64,000 nucleotides of DNA from Felis catus (Eukaryota): positions 10,418,001-10,482,000 of the forward strand of contig NC_058383.1 in the NCBI RefSeq assembly GCF_018350175.1, written 5' to 3'. The notes beneath the pieces are model-generated. The model worked only from the letters and a program-made list of their open reading frames with translations. It had not been told where the DNA came from and ran no database searches. A program made the position numbers and the translations under genes. The first letter of the stretch is position 1; each line of letters starts with the position of its first letter. Of this stretch, positions 1 through 12,135 are shown piece after piece.

Positions 1-3000
1 TGTTAGATCAGATGTGAGCCTAAGGGACCTTTTGGGCATGCTGAGGCAAGGCTACAGAAGGCCCACACCACTGTCCAGAGAGAGATCTGGCAAGGCTTGG
101 GCACAGTAAGGAGGGAAGGGAAGTTGGCTACAGGGGATGCCCCATCTGGCCCATACACGATGCACATGGCCAGCGGGAGTGGGGTGGTCCAGGCCAGCCA
201 CTGGTAGACACAGCTGGCTTCCATGAGGAAGGAGGTGCCAGCATGAGTAGTCCTGAGCCAAGGAAGTGGGAGTTCAGCACAGACTTTTGTCCTGGTAGGG
301 AAACTGAGTCAGAAGCTTGGACCTGTGGACCAGGCTGTGCAGTGGATGAAGGGAAAGGCGAAGCCTGGGCCACTGGGAGAAGTCAGCCAACTTGGTAAGG
401 GGTGGGGGAGGCGTCTCAGGTCTCAGGGCTAAAGGACCTGGTTTTCCAGCTCTGAGACCAGGGTGAGGAAGCTGGTGGGGGTGAATATCATTTGCTAAGC
501 AGCTCCGGGACAACAGGGCCTGTGTTGGGTTCTGTATCAGGGGGGTCTTGGCAGGGGGTGGGGACACCTCCAAAGAGATTAACAGAGTGGCTATAAGGAA
601 GGGAGTGTGTGCAGAAAGGGGTGGGGGCAAGGGAACCAAGAAGGGAGGCTGAGGCCCAACACAGCAAATGTGGGGAGCTGTGATCTGCCCGGTTCAGGCC
701 TGGAGGGGTCCCAGAAAGGAGGGTGTTCGTGGAGTGCGGACCCCCCACCCCGGAAGCCAAGACCCTAGAGGTACAACCACTGGCAAAGCTATGACCAGGC
801 ATGAAGAGAGCCTGGGGGTAAATACCCCAACTTCTCTCTCCTCTTGCCCCCCTCCCTGAGCACCTCATATGCATTGCTCAGCATCATCCTTCAAGATGGA
901 GATTTTTTGTCCATTTTATGGAAGAGGAAGATGAAGGTCAGCAGTGAGGGGACCTGCCCACAGCCACTGCACAGTTCGTAAGTGGCCAAGGCACAGACCT
1001 TAGGACCTTGACCTTAGTGCTCCGGGCAAGCCTCTGAGATGCTCCTCACAGGGAGGACAGAGAAGGCAGCAGGTGGATTGTCGTCAAAGCTGGCTTCGAG
1101 AACTCAGAGCTCGTCACCAAGCCAGGTGTCTCCTTCAGGATGGTGACTTTAGCCCCCTCCCGCCTCTGAGCCGGGGCCCTCAGCCACATCTGGCCCTCCT
1201 CTGGTGGCTCCCTTCGAGGCCACGGCTGGACGCCGGCCAGTCACGTGGCCCATGCTGACAGATTGGGTGTCTCCGGTGCGCCCGCAGCTGCCGCTAAGTG
1301 GCTTCCTGGCAGGGAGTCAGGGGTCACCTCATCGCTGCTCTGCTCAGACGGCACTGGCCTCTTCGGGGGTGCCTCCCACGTCTGTCTGCTGAAATCGGGT
1401 GTGTTTAGCATCAGGTCTGAGAGGCAGCCCTACTTGGCGACTCATGGGGGAGCCCTGAGGCCCTTGGGGGCAGACACAGTGCTGGCTGGGGGGTGGGGGT
1501 GGGGCTCTGGGCCCCAGTTCAAGTGAGTTGGCGGGTCTCGCCACCCGTGTTCCCGGCGTGCCACGGGGGCGGGCTGCTCTGTGTCCTGGGTGCCCGTGTC
1601 GCATGGTCTCCTGCTGGCTGCTCGCAGTGTCCAGGCCCCTGGCTCTGGGCCTCGGCTCTGGGTAAGTCCTCCGTCTCAGAACTCTTCTTTTTCTCTTTGC
1701 CGTGTGTTCCCCTGAGCCCCTTCCCTTCTGGGACCTGGGACCAGGTGAGCCTGTGTCTGAACCACCATCCAAGGCTGTGGTCCCGGTCCCTGAGCTCCCC
1801 CTTCACCCCACCCCCCCGGCGGGGCAGGGAATGATCACAGGGGTCAGACCAGTGTGGCCCTGGGGCCAGCAAAGCCGAGTGAGTCTGGGCAAGTCACTTC
1901 CCTGCCTGGGGCTCAATCTTCTTTGAAAAATGGTAGAGCCAGCTACGCGCTAATACATGCTTCGGGACCCCTAAGATGCGTGCACAATCACAAGGCTGGT
2001 CGGCCCTTCTCTCCCAGCTGTCTTGGGCTGACCCCATCTGGGACTTCAGACAGCGCCGGTGAGGAGGGGGCGCAAGTTAGTCCAGAGTGACAAGTGCTCC
2101 TAGTAGCTGTCAGAATGAAGGGCGAGTACAGACAAGGCGGGGAGCAGGAAAGTCTCTTCGGAGTGACATTGGAGCAGGCAGTGAGGCCCAGGATGTCGAG
2201 TGCAGAAGGAGGCTGGTGAACAAGAATTCCAGATCGAGGGACCCTCACATGGAGGAGGGAAGGTGTGTCAGGAAATCAGACGTGGCTCTTGATGGTCAGA
2301 GCGGAAGGTGCGTGGGGTGGGGGTGGTGGGAAGTCAGCTGGGAAAGTGGGCGCCTGAAGGCCCAGGGTGAGGCCGGTGGGCGGGCCCCGTCTGTGTCAGG
2401 CTCCCTGCTCAGGGTGCAACTGGGCACTCTGCTCTGGGGGTCCCCGATCACAGACAGGCCCCGGTTCCCTGCGGTGGAAGCCAGGCCCCGGAGCCAGTGG
2501 GCGGGGCCCCGTCCAGCTGACACTGGCTCTTTGTCTACATCTCAGCAGCGGAAGGTGCCTGAGCCCGCGTCCAGCCTGGTTGGAGACCAGGCCGAATCAG
2601 CAGTGCCAGCCTCCCATCTGGTCCTGGAGATGCCCCCCAGAGTTCCAGTGAGAGAGGACAGGATGGCCGCGGGACAAGCGGCTGGCACTGGGCGTGGGGA
2701 AGTCTGAGGAATAAACAGCTTTCCCACCACTCGCGGGCAGAGGCACAGCGGGTTCCCACAGACGTGGATGGGCCGCCCTGGGCCAAACCTTAGCCGCAAC
2801 CGAGCCAGGGTGGCGAGCCCCATGCTGTTCCAGATGGCTCGGGGGCTCGGTCAGTTTGCGCACGGGAGTGAGGCGTTCCCCAGATCACCAAGCCTCCAGA
2901 TTTGAACTAATTCCAGCTCGGTGAGGGCTGGGGGCTGAGGAGGCCAGGGAGGAGGGTGGGGCCCCGGGACAGGGCCCACGGAGGGTCCAGGAGCTCTGAG

Positions 3001-3586
3001 AGGGGCTTGTGTCCTGAGCCTGGGGATCAGCCGAGGCTTGGCCCGGGCGGAGCTCCCTTGGTGCCTGGCACCGGCCGAGGCTGGGGGTGCCTGGCCTCTT
3101 CCAAAGCCCTCCTTGTCGGGCAGCGGGCAGGGCGGGCCGGGGGCTGGGCGCGGCCGCTCATATCTTCCCCGTTACTTCATTCATTTTGCTCCCACTGATC
3201 CCTTGTTTATCTCACTGGGAATGCAGCGCAGTGGAAGTTGGGGCCAAGGGAAAGGCCAGAGCCTGGGTGGCCTCCAGGAGAGCCCCAGCCTCACTTGCCT
3301 GTCTCCCTTACCTGGGTCCCTGGGCTGAACCCTGCAGGAAGGGGGTCCGTCTCTGAGAACTAACATGGGGCCCAGACGTTCCGGCCCAGGCCGTGTGAGC
3401 TCGTGGAGAGCTGACCGCTCTGGGCCCTCCTTGCTTCATTGCAGTGGGAGGTTATTCTAAATGACCTTTGAGAATGAATGCGTATTATCATGAAATGAGC
3501 ACCCATCCTGTGGCCACCATGTTCTAGCCCCGAGGTCCCTGCTCTCACCCGAGGCTCACACATCTGCATGGATTACCATGAGCACA

Positions 3587-3794
3587 TTTTTTTTTTTTTA
3601 ACATTTATTCATTTTTGAAGGACAGAGTGTGAGCAGGGGAGGGGCAGAAAGAGAGGGAGACACAGAATCTGAAGCAGGCTCCGGGCTCCGAGCTGTCAGC
3701 ACAGAGCCTGACGCAGGGCTTGAACCTACGAGCAGTGAGATCATGACCTGAGCCGAAGTCGGATGCTTAACCAACTGAGCCACCCCGGCGCCCC
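3587..3794 (-). mobile_element. Can-SINE (SINEC_Fc-type)
   Basis: Reverse complement reads GGGGCGCCGGGGTGGCTCAGTTGGTTAAG...CT-rich...AATAAATG-poly(A). Confidence 0.95.
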
Positions 3795-6700
3795 ACCAAT
3801 AGGGCACTTTAGAGAGGAGGTGGGGCACAGGGGCCATTCCCGGGAAGAGGTGGGGCTGGAGAACGAGCTAGAAGAAGACCCTCTGGGCAGGGTGGAGGTA
3901 GTCAGAAGTCAGGGCTGCCACGGGCAGGGGTGTGTGAGGCTAGCAGGACCAGTGTCTGAAAATGTCCTTTCAGAACGGGTCAGTGGGAAATGCCGGGCCC
4001 CCACCTGGCCCTCCTGTTGCAGGGCCCCCGGCTGAGGGTGGAGGGCAGAGGGTGGAGGGTGGAGGGTGGAGGCTGGGGCATGAGCATCCCCTGGGGGCTT
4101 GGGTTAAGTGGGCCCTAATCCCCATCACCAAGCAAACCTGTCTGCCCTGGAAGATCACCCCTCCGGTAGAGGGCGGGCACCACGGCTCTAAGCAGCCTGG
4201 TCTGAGCCCTTGTCCTTCGTCAGGGATGTTCAAGGACACCGGACCCTGCCGGGAAGAGGCGGCCAGGCCCCTATCAGATGTGGAAACTGAAGCCCAGAGA
4301 AGCTGGTTGAATTGTCCAGGGCACACAGCTGGGAGTGGTGGCAGCGGGACCTGATCACAGCTTGTCTGACCCACGAGCGTGCCCACTATCATCTGGGCTG
4401 TGGCTGCCTGGCCCTTCTGGGGTCCCCGCCCTGGGGGTGGCCACCCGACAGGGCATGGATTCAGGCCAGGTACCGGGGCCAGAGCCTCAGTGCCCCCTTG
4501 TCTTCTTCCCCCGCAGTGAGTTGGTGTTCCAGTCTGTGAAACGGGATGGGTGGGTCCAACTCAGGGCCGATGTCTGTCCTCCGTCCTGGATCCTTAAGGA
4601 GGAGTGAGGTCATATTTGTCTGGGGGCTGGAGCATCTTGGAAGGAGAAAGCTCGGCGAAGACAAGGGCCCATTGTCCCCCCTTCCCTGGCCCCCTGCCAG
4701 CTCCTGCTCTAGTCACCAGACAAGGCCAACCCTGCCTGCAGGCCCCAGAGGCCACCGTGTGCCAATAGGGGGTGACTCAGTGCCCCCTCCCTTCCCGTTA
4801 ACTGGCACTACCACCTACCACCCAAGCGTTGTCGGGGGTCCCCCAGAGGGGAAGGCCGGGAAAGAAGGGAAGGCTTGGGGTCCCAGCCTGGGGATGTCAC
4901 ACTCGGGCCTTTACAGCCGGCTTGAGCGAGGTGCCTCGCCATAATAAATAATTCAAAGAGCAGCCTGTGGGCTTGCTTTTGAGCAGCCTTGGTTTGAAGC
5001 TCTTACAAGCATTGGCTCAACGCCTGCTCACAGCACCCCCAAGGGGGGCACTGATGTCATCACCCTCACTGCACAGATGTGGAACGCTCGCCCTCCGCCA
5101 CCTAGCTCATAACTGGTAGATGTGGCTGGGAGAGGCGGAATTTGGACTGGAGGCTGTGTGGTTCTCGAGAATTCTACAGAGGCTCCAGGATGTGCAGGTG
5201 GGGGCTGAACTGGGGGATGAAGAAGGGGCCGGCCCAGAGTTCGTGTAGTAGATGGGGAGTCCCAAGAGAGATGTGGACGCCTGCCCCCCCCCCCACCACC
5301 ACCAGTGGGCCCGTAGACCAGGCCTCGGTCGTTCTGGGCCGCAGGATGGAGGGCTTTTTGCTACCAGGGACCGGGAAGTCTTGGTGGCCTCTGGCATTGA
5401 CAAGGCGGGATAAGAGATGCTTGAGCAATTTCAGCGCTTTGAGACACCTCCTGGGGCCACACGTGGGCTGGAGACAGCCTGCTCTCTGGCCTCCCTGCAG
5501 CTCTGAGGCCCATGGAGGTCTGTTAGCCGTGAGCCAGGCAAAGGCAAATAGCAGCTCAAGCCTAACGCGTCCGAAAGTAAACTCTCGATTTCCTCCCCAA
5601 CCTGCTCCTCCTCGTATCTTCCCCGTCTCAGGAAGCGGCACCATCGTCCGCCCAGTTGCTGGGGCCAGAAAACTGGGAGGCACCCTTGGATCCTCCTGGT
5701 TCTCGCCACCCACATCGATCCATTGCCAAGACCTGTCAATTCTACCTCCAAAATAAATCCCGAATCCGCCTCCCTCGGTTCCCGCTGCCACCGCTGTGCC
5801 CGAGGCACCACCCGCTCTCCCTGGACAGCACCGCTAAGCTGCTCTCCACCCCCTCCGGCCCCCTGCCCCAGCTTCCAACATACATCAGACCCCACCGTTC
5901 TCTTGCCTCCTCCCAGAGGCTTCCTACTGCGTTTGGAGCCAAACTGACACCCCTCGATGGCTACGAGGTCCCCCGTGACCTGGCATGACCTCGTGACCTC
6001 ACCTCCATCTACTCTCCCCTCGCTGTCTCGCTCTCTTTGCATCCGTGCATTGACACTGGCTGCTCGCTCTGTCTAGAAGCCCTTCCCTGCAGTTTTGCAC
6101 CGAGCGGGTCCCCCCTCCACCGGTCCCTCCCATCCTGGCTGGTACGTACCTTGCATCCTTCGGCACTCCAGACTGGGTCGCCCCAAGTCTGTTCCCTCAG
6201 AGCCACTTTGTAGGAATTTTCCTTGATTTATAACTGCGTGTTTACCTTTTTGCCTTTCCAACTAACCAAGGCCCGTGAGAGCCGTGTCTGCCTTGCCAGC
6301 CATCATCCCCACCCCGGGATGGCATTCAAATCTCTGTTGGATGCATTACCAGGCGGGGTAATTGCAGTGGCCATTATTTCTTGAGCATTTCCAGCGCTCT
6401 CTCGTGTTGAATGCAGTCACCTCACCACCCACCGAGGGAGGCGACATCAACACTCCCCAAGTTTCAGACGTGGAAACCAAGGCTCAGAAGCCAGGGTCAG
6501 TCACCCCAGCATCTCGCAACCAGAATACGGCAGAGCCAGGTTCAGAGCCCAGGGCGGGCAGCTCTGAGGTCTGACCTTCTAGCCGCCCTGCCGTCTCGGT
6601 CACGAACCGTCCTCGATGCCTTTGCTATAGGCCATCGAGTCCGAGAAGTCAGCGGTTGCAAGGTGTACCTCTGTTTTACGGCCCATTCGGTCAGATAAAG

Positions 6701-9700
6701 ACTCCAAGATCTAAATCAGCATGCGCCATCCCAAATTTCAAAGATGTGAGATTGTGGTAACAGCGTCGTCGTCTGGGAATTGGTGAAATACGGTACTTGG
6801 GGAACAAAAACCATTCAATCCTTAGGACCCAAGGGACACAGTAATGGATTTCTCAGCAGTGCTGAGGATTGTTCCATAACCACCTGGGGGCACAAAGGAG
6901 GCCCGCCTTTTGGCCCCCGGAGAGTTCAAGGTCAAGCAAGGACAGTCTGATGATGAATGTGCTGGATGGTGTGGTGAGAGAGCCCAGGGCTTCCCCAGAG
7001 GGTGGGAAGTGTGGGGTGCAGGTGGTGAGGCTTCACAGAAGAGGGGGCGTCGAAGGCAGACACCAGAGGAGGAACAGAGGTTAAGCAAGCTGAGAGGGGG
7101 TGAAGCATGCCAGGCACAGGGGAGGGCCCATAGAAAGGTCTGGAGCACACCTTCCCTTGTGGGAAACGGCATGTGGCTGGGGCGGAGAGCGAGCGAGGAG
7201 GTTGGACGGGTCATGGGATGGATGGTGATGGTCTTCCCCAGGCTGACGGAGCTGAAGCTCCATCCTGCAAAGCAAGGAGCCCGAGAAGTCACCAGACAGC
7301 AGAATGACAGAGCCACCTTTGTTCATCAGAAGGGTGGAGTGAGGGGTGATTGGGACCTCGAAGGCAGCAGGGAGGCCTGGGAACGTCTGGCAGAGGCCGT
7401 CAAGTCACTCGGACTGGATGGGGCCGCTGGCCTGAGTCACACGCTCGCTCTGGGGGCTCCCCTGGCATGGCCGGGCCCACTGGTGGGGGGCATGGGGAGG
7501 CAGCCTCCCCCAGGCCTGGGAATGTCCCGGGCAGCTGAGAGCCCGCCAGAGGCCGGTGAAAGGCCCACTTACCATGACGGATGGGGGCCCCGTCGGCCAC
7601 GCCAATTAGGCAAGATGGAGTGCCAGGGCAATGCTATAAATATCTTGGCTGCTGACCAGCCCAAGAATGTAAATGATGGTGTTGGACAAGCAGGAGAAAA
7701 TGTTCAGTTCAGACAGGATGGGGTTTTTGTGTGTTTTTAAAACATGCTTTTCCCTCCCCGAAGACTTCAGGTCGGGCAGCAATCAGGCTGGGTGCCCAAG
7801 AGCGGGCTACTTGTCCCGTGGGGGGCCACAGCGAGGACCCACGAAATCCAAGTTTGGGGGCAAGTCCCTGGAAAAGTCAGTGCATTTGAAGCCCAGAAAA
7901 AGCCTGAGCCCCACTTGTAGCCTTGTCCCCGGCCAGAGGGGTACACTAGCCATCCAGCTCGGGGACACAGGTGCAGGCGACTAGAAGCATCTCCCCTACA
8001 CCGGCTGTTCCCAGAGTTCCCTGTCTTGTTGTGGGTGCGCCGGACAGGGCGTCACATGTTGGGGCTGAGGGCAAACCCAAGCTCTTCGAGATCAGAGACG
8101 GGAGGACGAGCTTTCTGGCGGGGTCATTGCACAGTAAGGTGGGGAGACTCTCTAAGGCATGCAGGGAGATGTGGGTCCCACCTGCCCTAACGCTTCTTGT
8201 AAATCTTGCGCAACATTGACCTACAAGGAGATTAACCCTCCCCCCATCACCTTTTTCATTTCGAACCACAAGGCTGCAGGACGACAGGCAGGGGGAAGCA
8301 AGGGCTGGCTGAGAAGGGAGGTGGTTCAGCAAGTCCTTGGAGCTGCCTGGAAACCCTCCATCCAGCCCCAAGAGCGAAATGCATAAGGTCGCCTGACACA
8401 GGAGGGTCCGGGTGGGAGAGCCGGACTGGAAAATGGGACAGAGTGGCTATGGTCCAGGGTGAGCCAGGCCTGCAGAAGACCTTAGGTCAACAGAAAGGGC
8501 ACCATTCAGGGTACTTTGTGGCACTAAGGCCCTGGTCTTCGTGTCCAGGAGAAGGCACATTGAATTGGGAAGGACGCACCATCCCTGCATACATACGTTG
8601 GGGGGCAGGGAGGAGGGGGCACGGACAGAATGGAGTCAAGCAAGTTCTCATCCCCTGGTCCAAAGCAGCCCACCTGTAGGGTCCAGACTAAGGGAATGGG
8701 TCGAGAAGCTCACTGGAGTATTTGAGGGGATGATTGAGGAATTGATTCCCTTGGCAAATATTGGTTGAGGGCCCGGTATGTGCCAGGCACTATGCTCAGC
8801 TCTGGCTGGAGTCCCCAGGCACAGAGGCAGGGCATGGGGGTCTGGCCTGCCAGAGAAGGGGCTCACAAGGGCCTGGAGACTGGACCCACGCTCAGCCAAG
8901 CTCCAGACACAGCTGTGGGTAGAGCTCAAATCCTGAGGGTTGGGGTGGGGGGGAGTTCCGGGGCTGGGAGGCAAGCCTAAACAGATATTGGGTGTTGGGG
9001 CTGGACCAACTGGAGGAGGGTAAAGGGCAGATGCGGGGCTTGGTGGGCAGGAGCAGACCTGGGAGGCACAAAGCGGAGGTCCGCCCTGCTCCCTTGGAGC
9101 CCCCCCGAGAAGGTGGTGGTGCCTCAGCCTGGGTAGGTGCCCTTGGAGAACAGAGCTGACCCTGCAGGTGAAAGGAATGATGGGACCCTGCACCCTGGCC
9201 AAGAACATGCCACTCATCTTCAGGGTCTGCAGATAGGGCTCAGAGCAGACAGAGATGTGCCATCCCTCTTGGGCTGGAGAGGGGTCCCATGTGGGGGCAG
9301 GGAGTGGAGCAGCGGGCCGAGTGGGCTCCCACTGGGCCAGTGGGTTGGGCTCAGGCCTCCTGGCCCGGTGGAGTCTAACAGGGTCCACAGCTACCACACC
9401 ATGGAGAGAGGTGGCCACCCAGAGAGGCCTGGACCGTGCAGACGGGTGGAGCCCTGACCTGTGCCCAGCCACGGGCTGCACCTTCCCATTGGGTGTGCAA
9501 GCGCCTACATGTGCACAGACATCTCAAAGCAAGTCCCCAACGGTGCGCGTTGGCAGGAGGTCGATGGGGATGGCAAAGCCAAGAGAAGATATGTCTATGG
9601 AAGTTCAAGGGTGTGAGATTGTAAACCAGAGTTCTAGCATACAACCAAGGGTGTGACTGTGCCCTGACAGTGTGACCCGTGTGGGCATTCACAGGCTGCC

Positions 9701-11964
9701 CAGGGATTCCAGACACCGGTGACTTGGCAGTGGTGTGTTGGTGTGTATTTCTCGATCTTCAAAGATGATTTCTGGTTACTGTGGCCCTGTCCCCCGTGGT
9801 CACTCCTGGAGCACTACCCCTTCCCCTTGCCACCCACATACCACCCATCCTAGAGCCAAAAAGATTCATCTTTTTCCTTGTGATTTCTTCTATTGCTTGG
9901 AAACTTATAAACCACTTGGGAAGTTTAAGAAAAGCTAAGGAAGTTAACAAAAATGTATAAATGCTTTTCCAGAAGGTAAGAAAGACTGCAATGTTTCCTA
10001 CTAGCTACTGTAGAATTTTATTACTTACTTATGTAAGTGTTAACTCTGTCATCTGCCTGGAGATAATTTAAATATAAATTTATAAATATAAAGTGTTAGC
10101 TAATTTCCTCACACCCCAAATTGTTGTCCCTCCAATTCATTATAATACTTGCTTTACCAAGTCTTACGTTTTTATATATAGAAGGCTCTTGTATATAATT
10201 GCTGCTTTGTGTTTTGTTCCAATGGTGCGTGTTTCTGATCTACTCTAGTAGCACGCTATTAAATTATTGTTCTTTTAGAACATGTTTTATGGAAGGCTTT
10301 ATAGCATAATAGCTAAGATTATGGTCTTTGAAGTCGAACTCACTGGGATTTATATATAGGAGCGTTGCCACTGAATAAATGTGTGACCTTGGGCAAGCTA
10401 CCTCAGAATTCTTCAGCTGTAAAATGGAGTATTAGGAATTCTATAAATAACATCTTCCTCACACGTTCAGAACAAACTGAGAGATAGCTACAGGAATAAG
10501 TCACAGAGATAAAACATTAACCTTATTACTGAGGACTGCTGTCCACTGCCACAGCTTGATTCAACGTTGTACTAGAGAGTCCAGCCTTTGCAATATGACA
10601 AGAAAAAGATATGAAAATATGATTAGAAAATCAAGCCAAAAAGCAAAGCCTCAGTGGGCACTCTGATCCTTCATCCCTGACTTAGATACACTTGAACCTG
10701 TGTCACAGGTAGTGCTGGACCCCCTGGGTCTTCCCTCCACCTGCTGGAAGAGCCTTCCCCCATCAAGTTACTACAGACCACAGTTGAAATACAAGTATCC
10801 TGATGAAAGAGGAACAAGAGAGGAGAGAGAGGCCAGGAACGTCCTCTTGGTGAAGTCCCTTCTCATAGAAATATGAGGTGGGGATGGCAGTGGAGGCTCC
10901 CCCCGTGACAACCTCACATGGGGTTGTAGTCAGCATGCATGTGAGGCACTCAGTACAGTGTCTGACACATGGGTGCACAGCAAATACTGTTCTTATGCAC
11001 AGGATCCTGTTCCCTTTCCTTCTCTTCTTGTTTTGAATTTCTTACAAAAAAAAAATGTCCCCCATGTATTTTTCCAGATGAAATACAGGGTCCATTGGTG
11101 GTGTTCTAAGAAAAAAATGCTTGTCCTTAATACCTGGCTCACTCCCCACCATTTCAGTACACGCTACATCAATGTATATATGATCCCGGGGGTCGGGGAG
11201 GGCGGGGTGTGGGATTGGTTCAGGTACAGGACTGAGGTGGGCAGCAGGGAGAGGAAGGATGGGTGGGTGGAGAGGTTAGTGGGTTTGGGGAATGGGAGAC
11301 CAGTGTGGAACCAGGTCCAGAGACTCAAAAACGGGGATTGTGAGTGAGCGGTGGAGGAAGCTCCCAAGAGCCAGGTGGGCTCTCAGCTGAGGAGAGCCAG
11401 GTGGGCAACCAGGGGTGATGATGTGAGCATGGGAAGTGAAGACCAAAGCCAAAGGGGTGTAATCTTCTGGGAACTGAGAACGTGTACCGAAGTCCAGGTC
11501 CTGGTTCCAGGGTCCAGCTCTGCCGCTGGCCGCTGTCGCAAGCTGCAGACCCTCCCTGGGCCTCAGAGCCCCTTTATCAAGTGAGGATCCTTTCCATGCC
11601 ACAGGGCTGCAAACCTGATTGAAGGGTGTCCCCCGGGCCCCCCCAACCTATTCTTTCTCTCCCCAGACACCCAGGCCTGCTTCCTTTTCCTGTTACCTCC
11701 CTTGAGCCTTAATGTCCTCCTGGTCCCTGGAAAGGGGAAATGCTCAGTTCCCGGGACTCTGTCCCTCCCCGCCCACCACTCTGGGTCCATCAGTCCCCAC
11801 TTCTGGGAAAACAGCCTTCCTCCCCTTTGGCCCCACTGCCACCTTGGCTTTTCATGAATGCATTAGTTCAGCAGCCCGCAAATCCCCTCCTCTGTACCTG
11901 CCCTCTTCTTGTCCCTCGGGACATGGAGGGAAAGAAGCCAGGGACCCACCCACCTAGAGCTCTC

Positions 11965-12135
11965 TTTAGTTCATTCATTGCATTTGGGGGGCGGGAAGTG
12001 GCAGAGAGGGAGAGAGAGAATCTTAAGCAGGCTTCAGAGCCTGACGCAGGGCTTGATGTCACGATCTGTGAGATCATGACCTGAGCCGAAATCAAGAGTC
12101 GGATGCTGAACTGACTGAGTCACCCGGGCACCCCC
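11965..12135 (-). mobile_element. Can-SINE, older/shorter subfamily
   Basis: tRNA-like head and GAGATCATGACCTGAGCCGAAATCAAGAGTCGGA motif. Confidence 0.85.

Noticed and set aside
9830..10630. AT-rich island as foreign or horizontally acquired DNA
   Set aside because: It contains MIR-like and L1 ORF2-like fragments and is better explained as old repeat debris.
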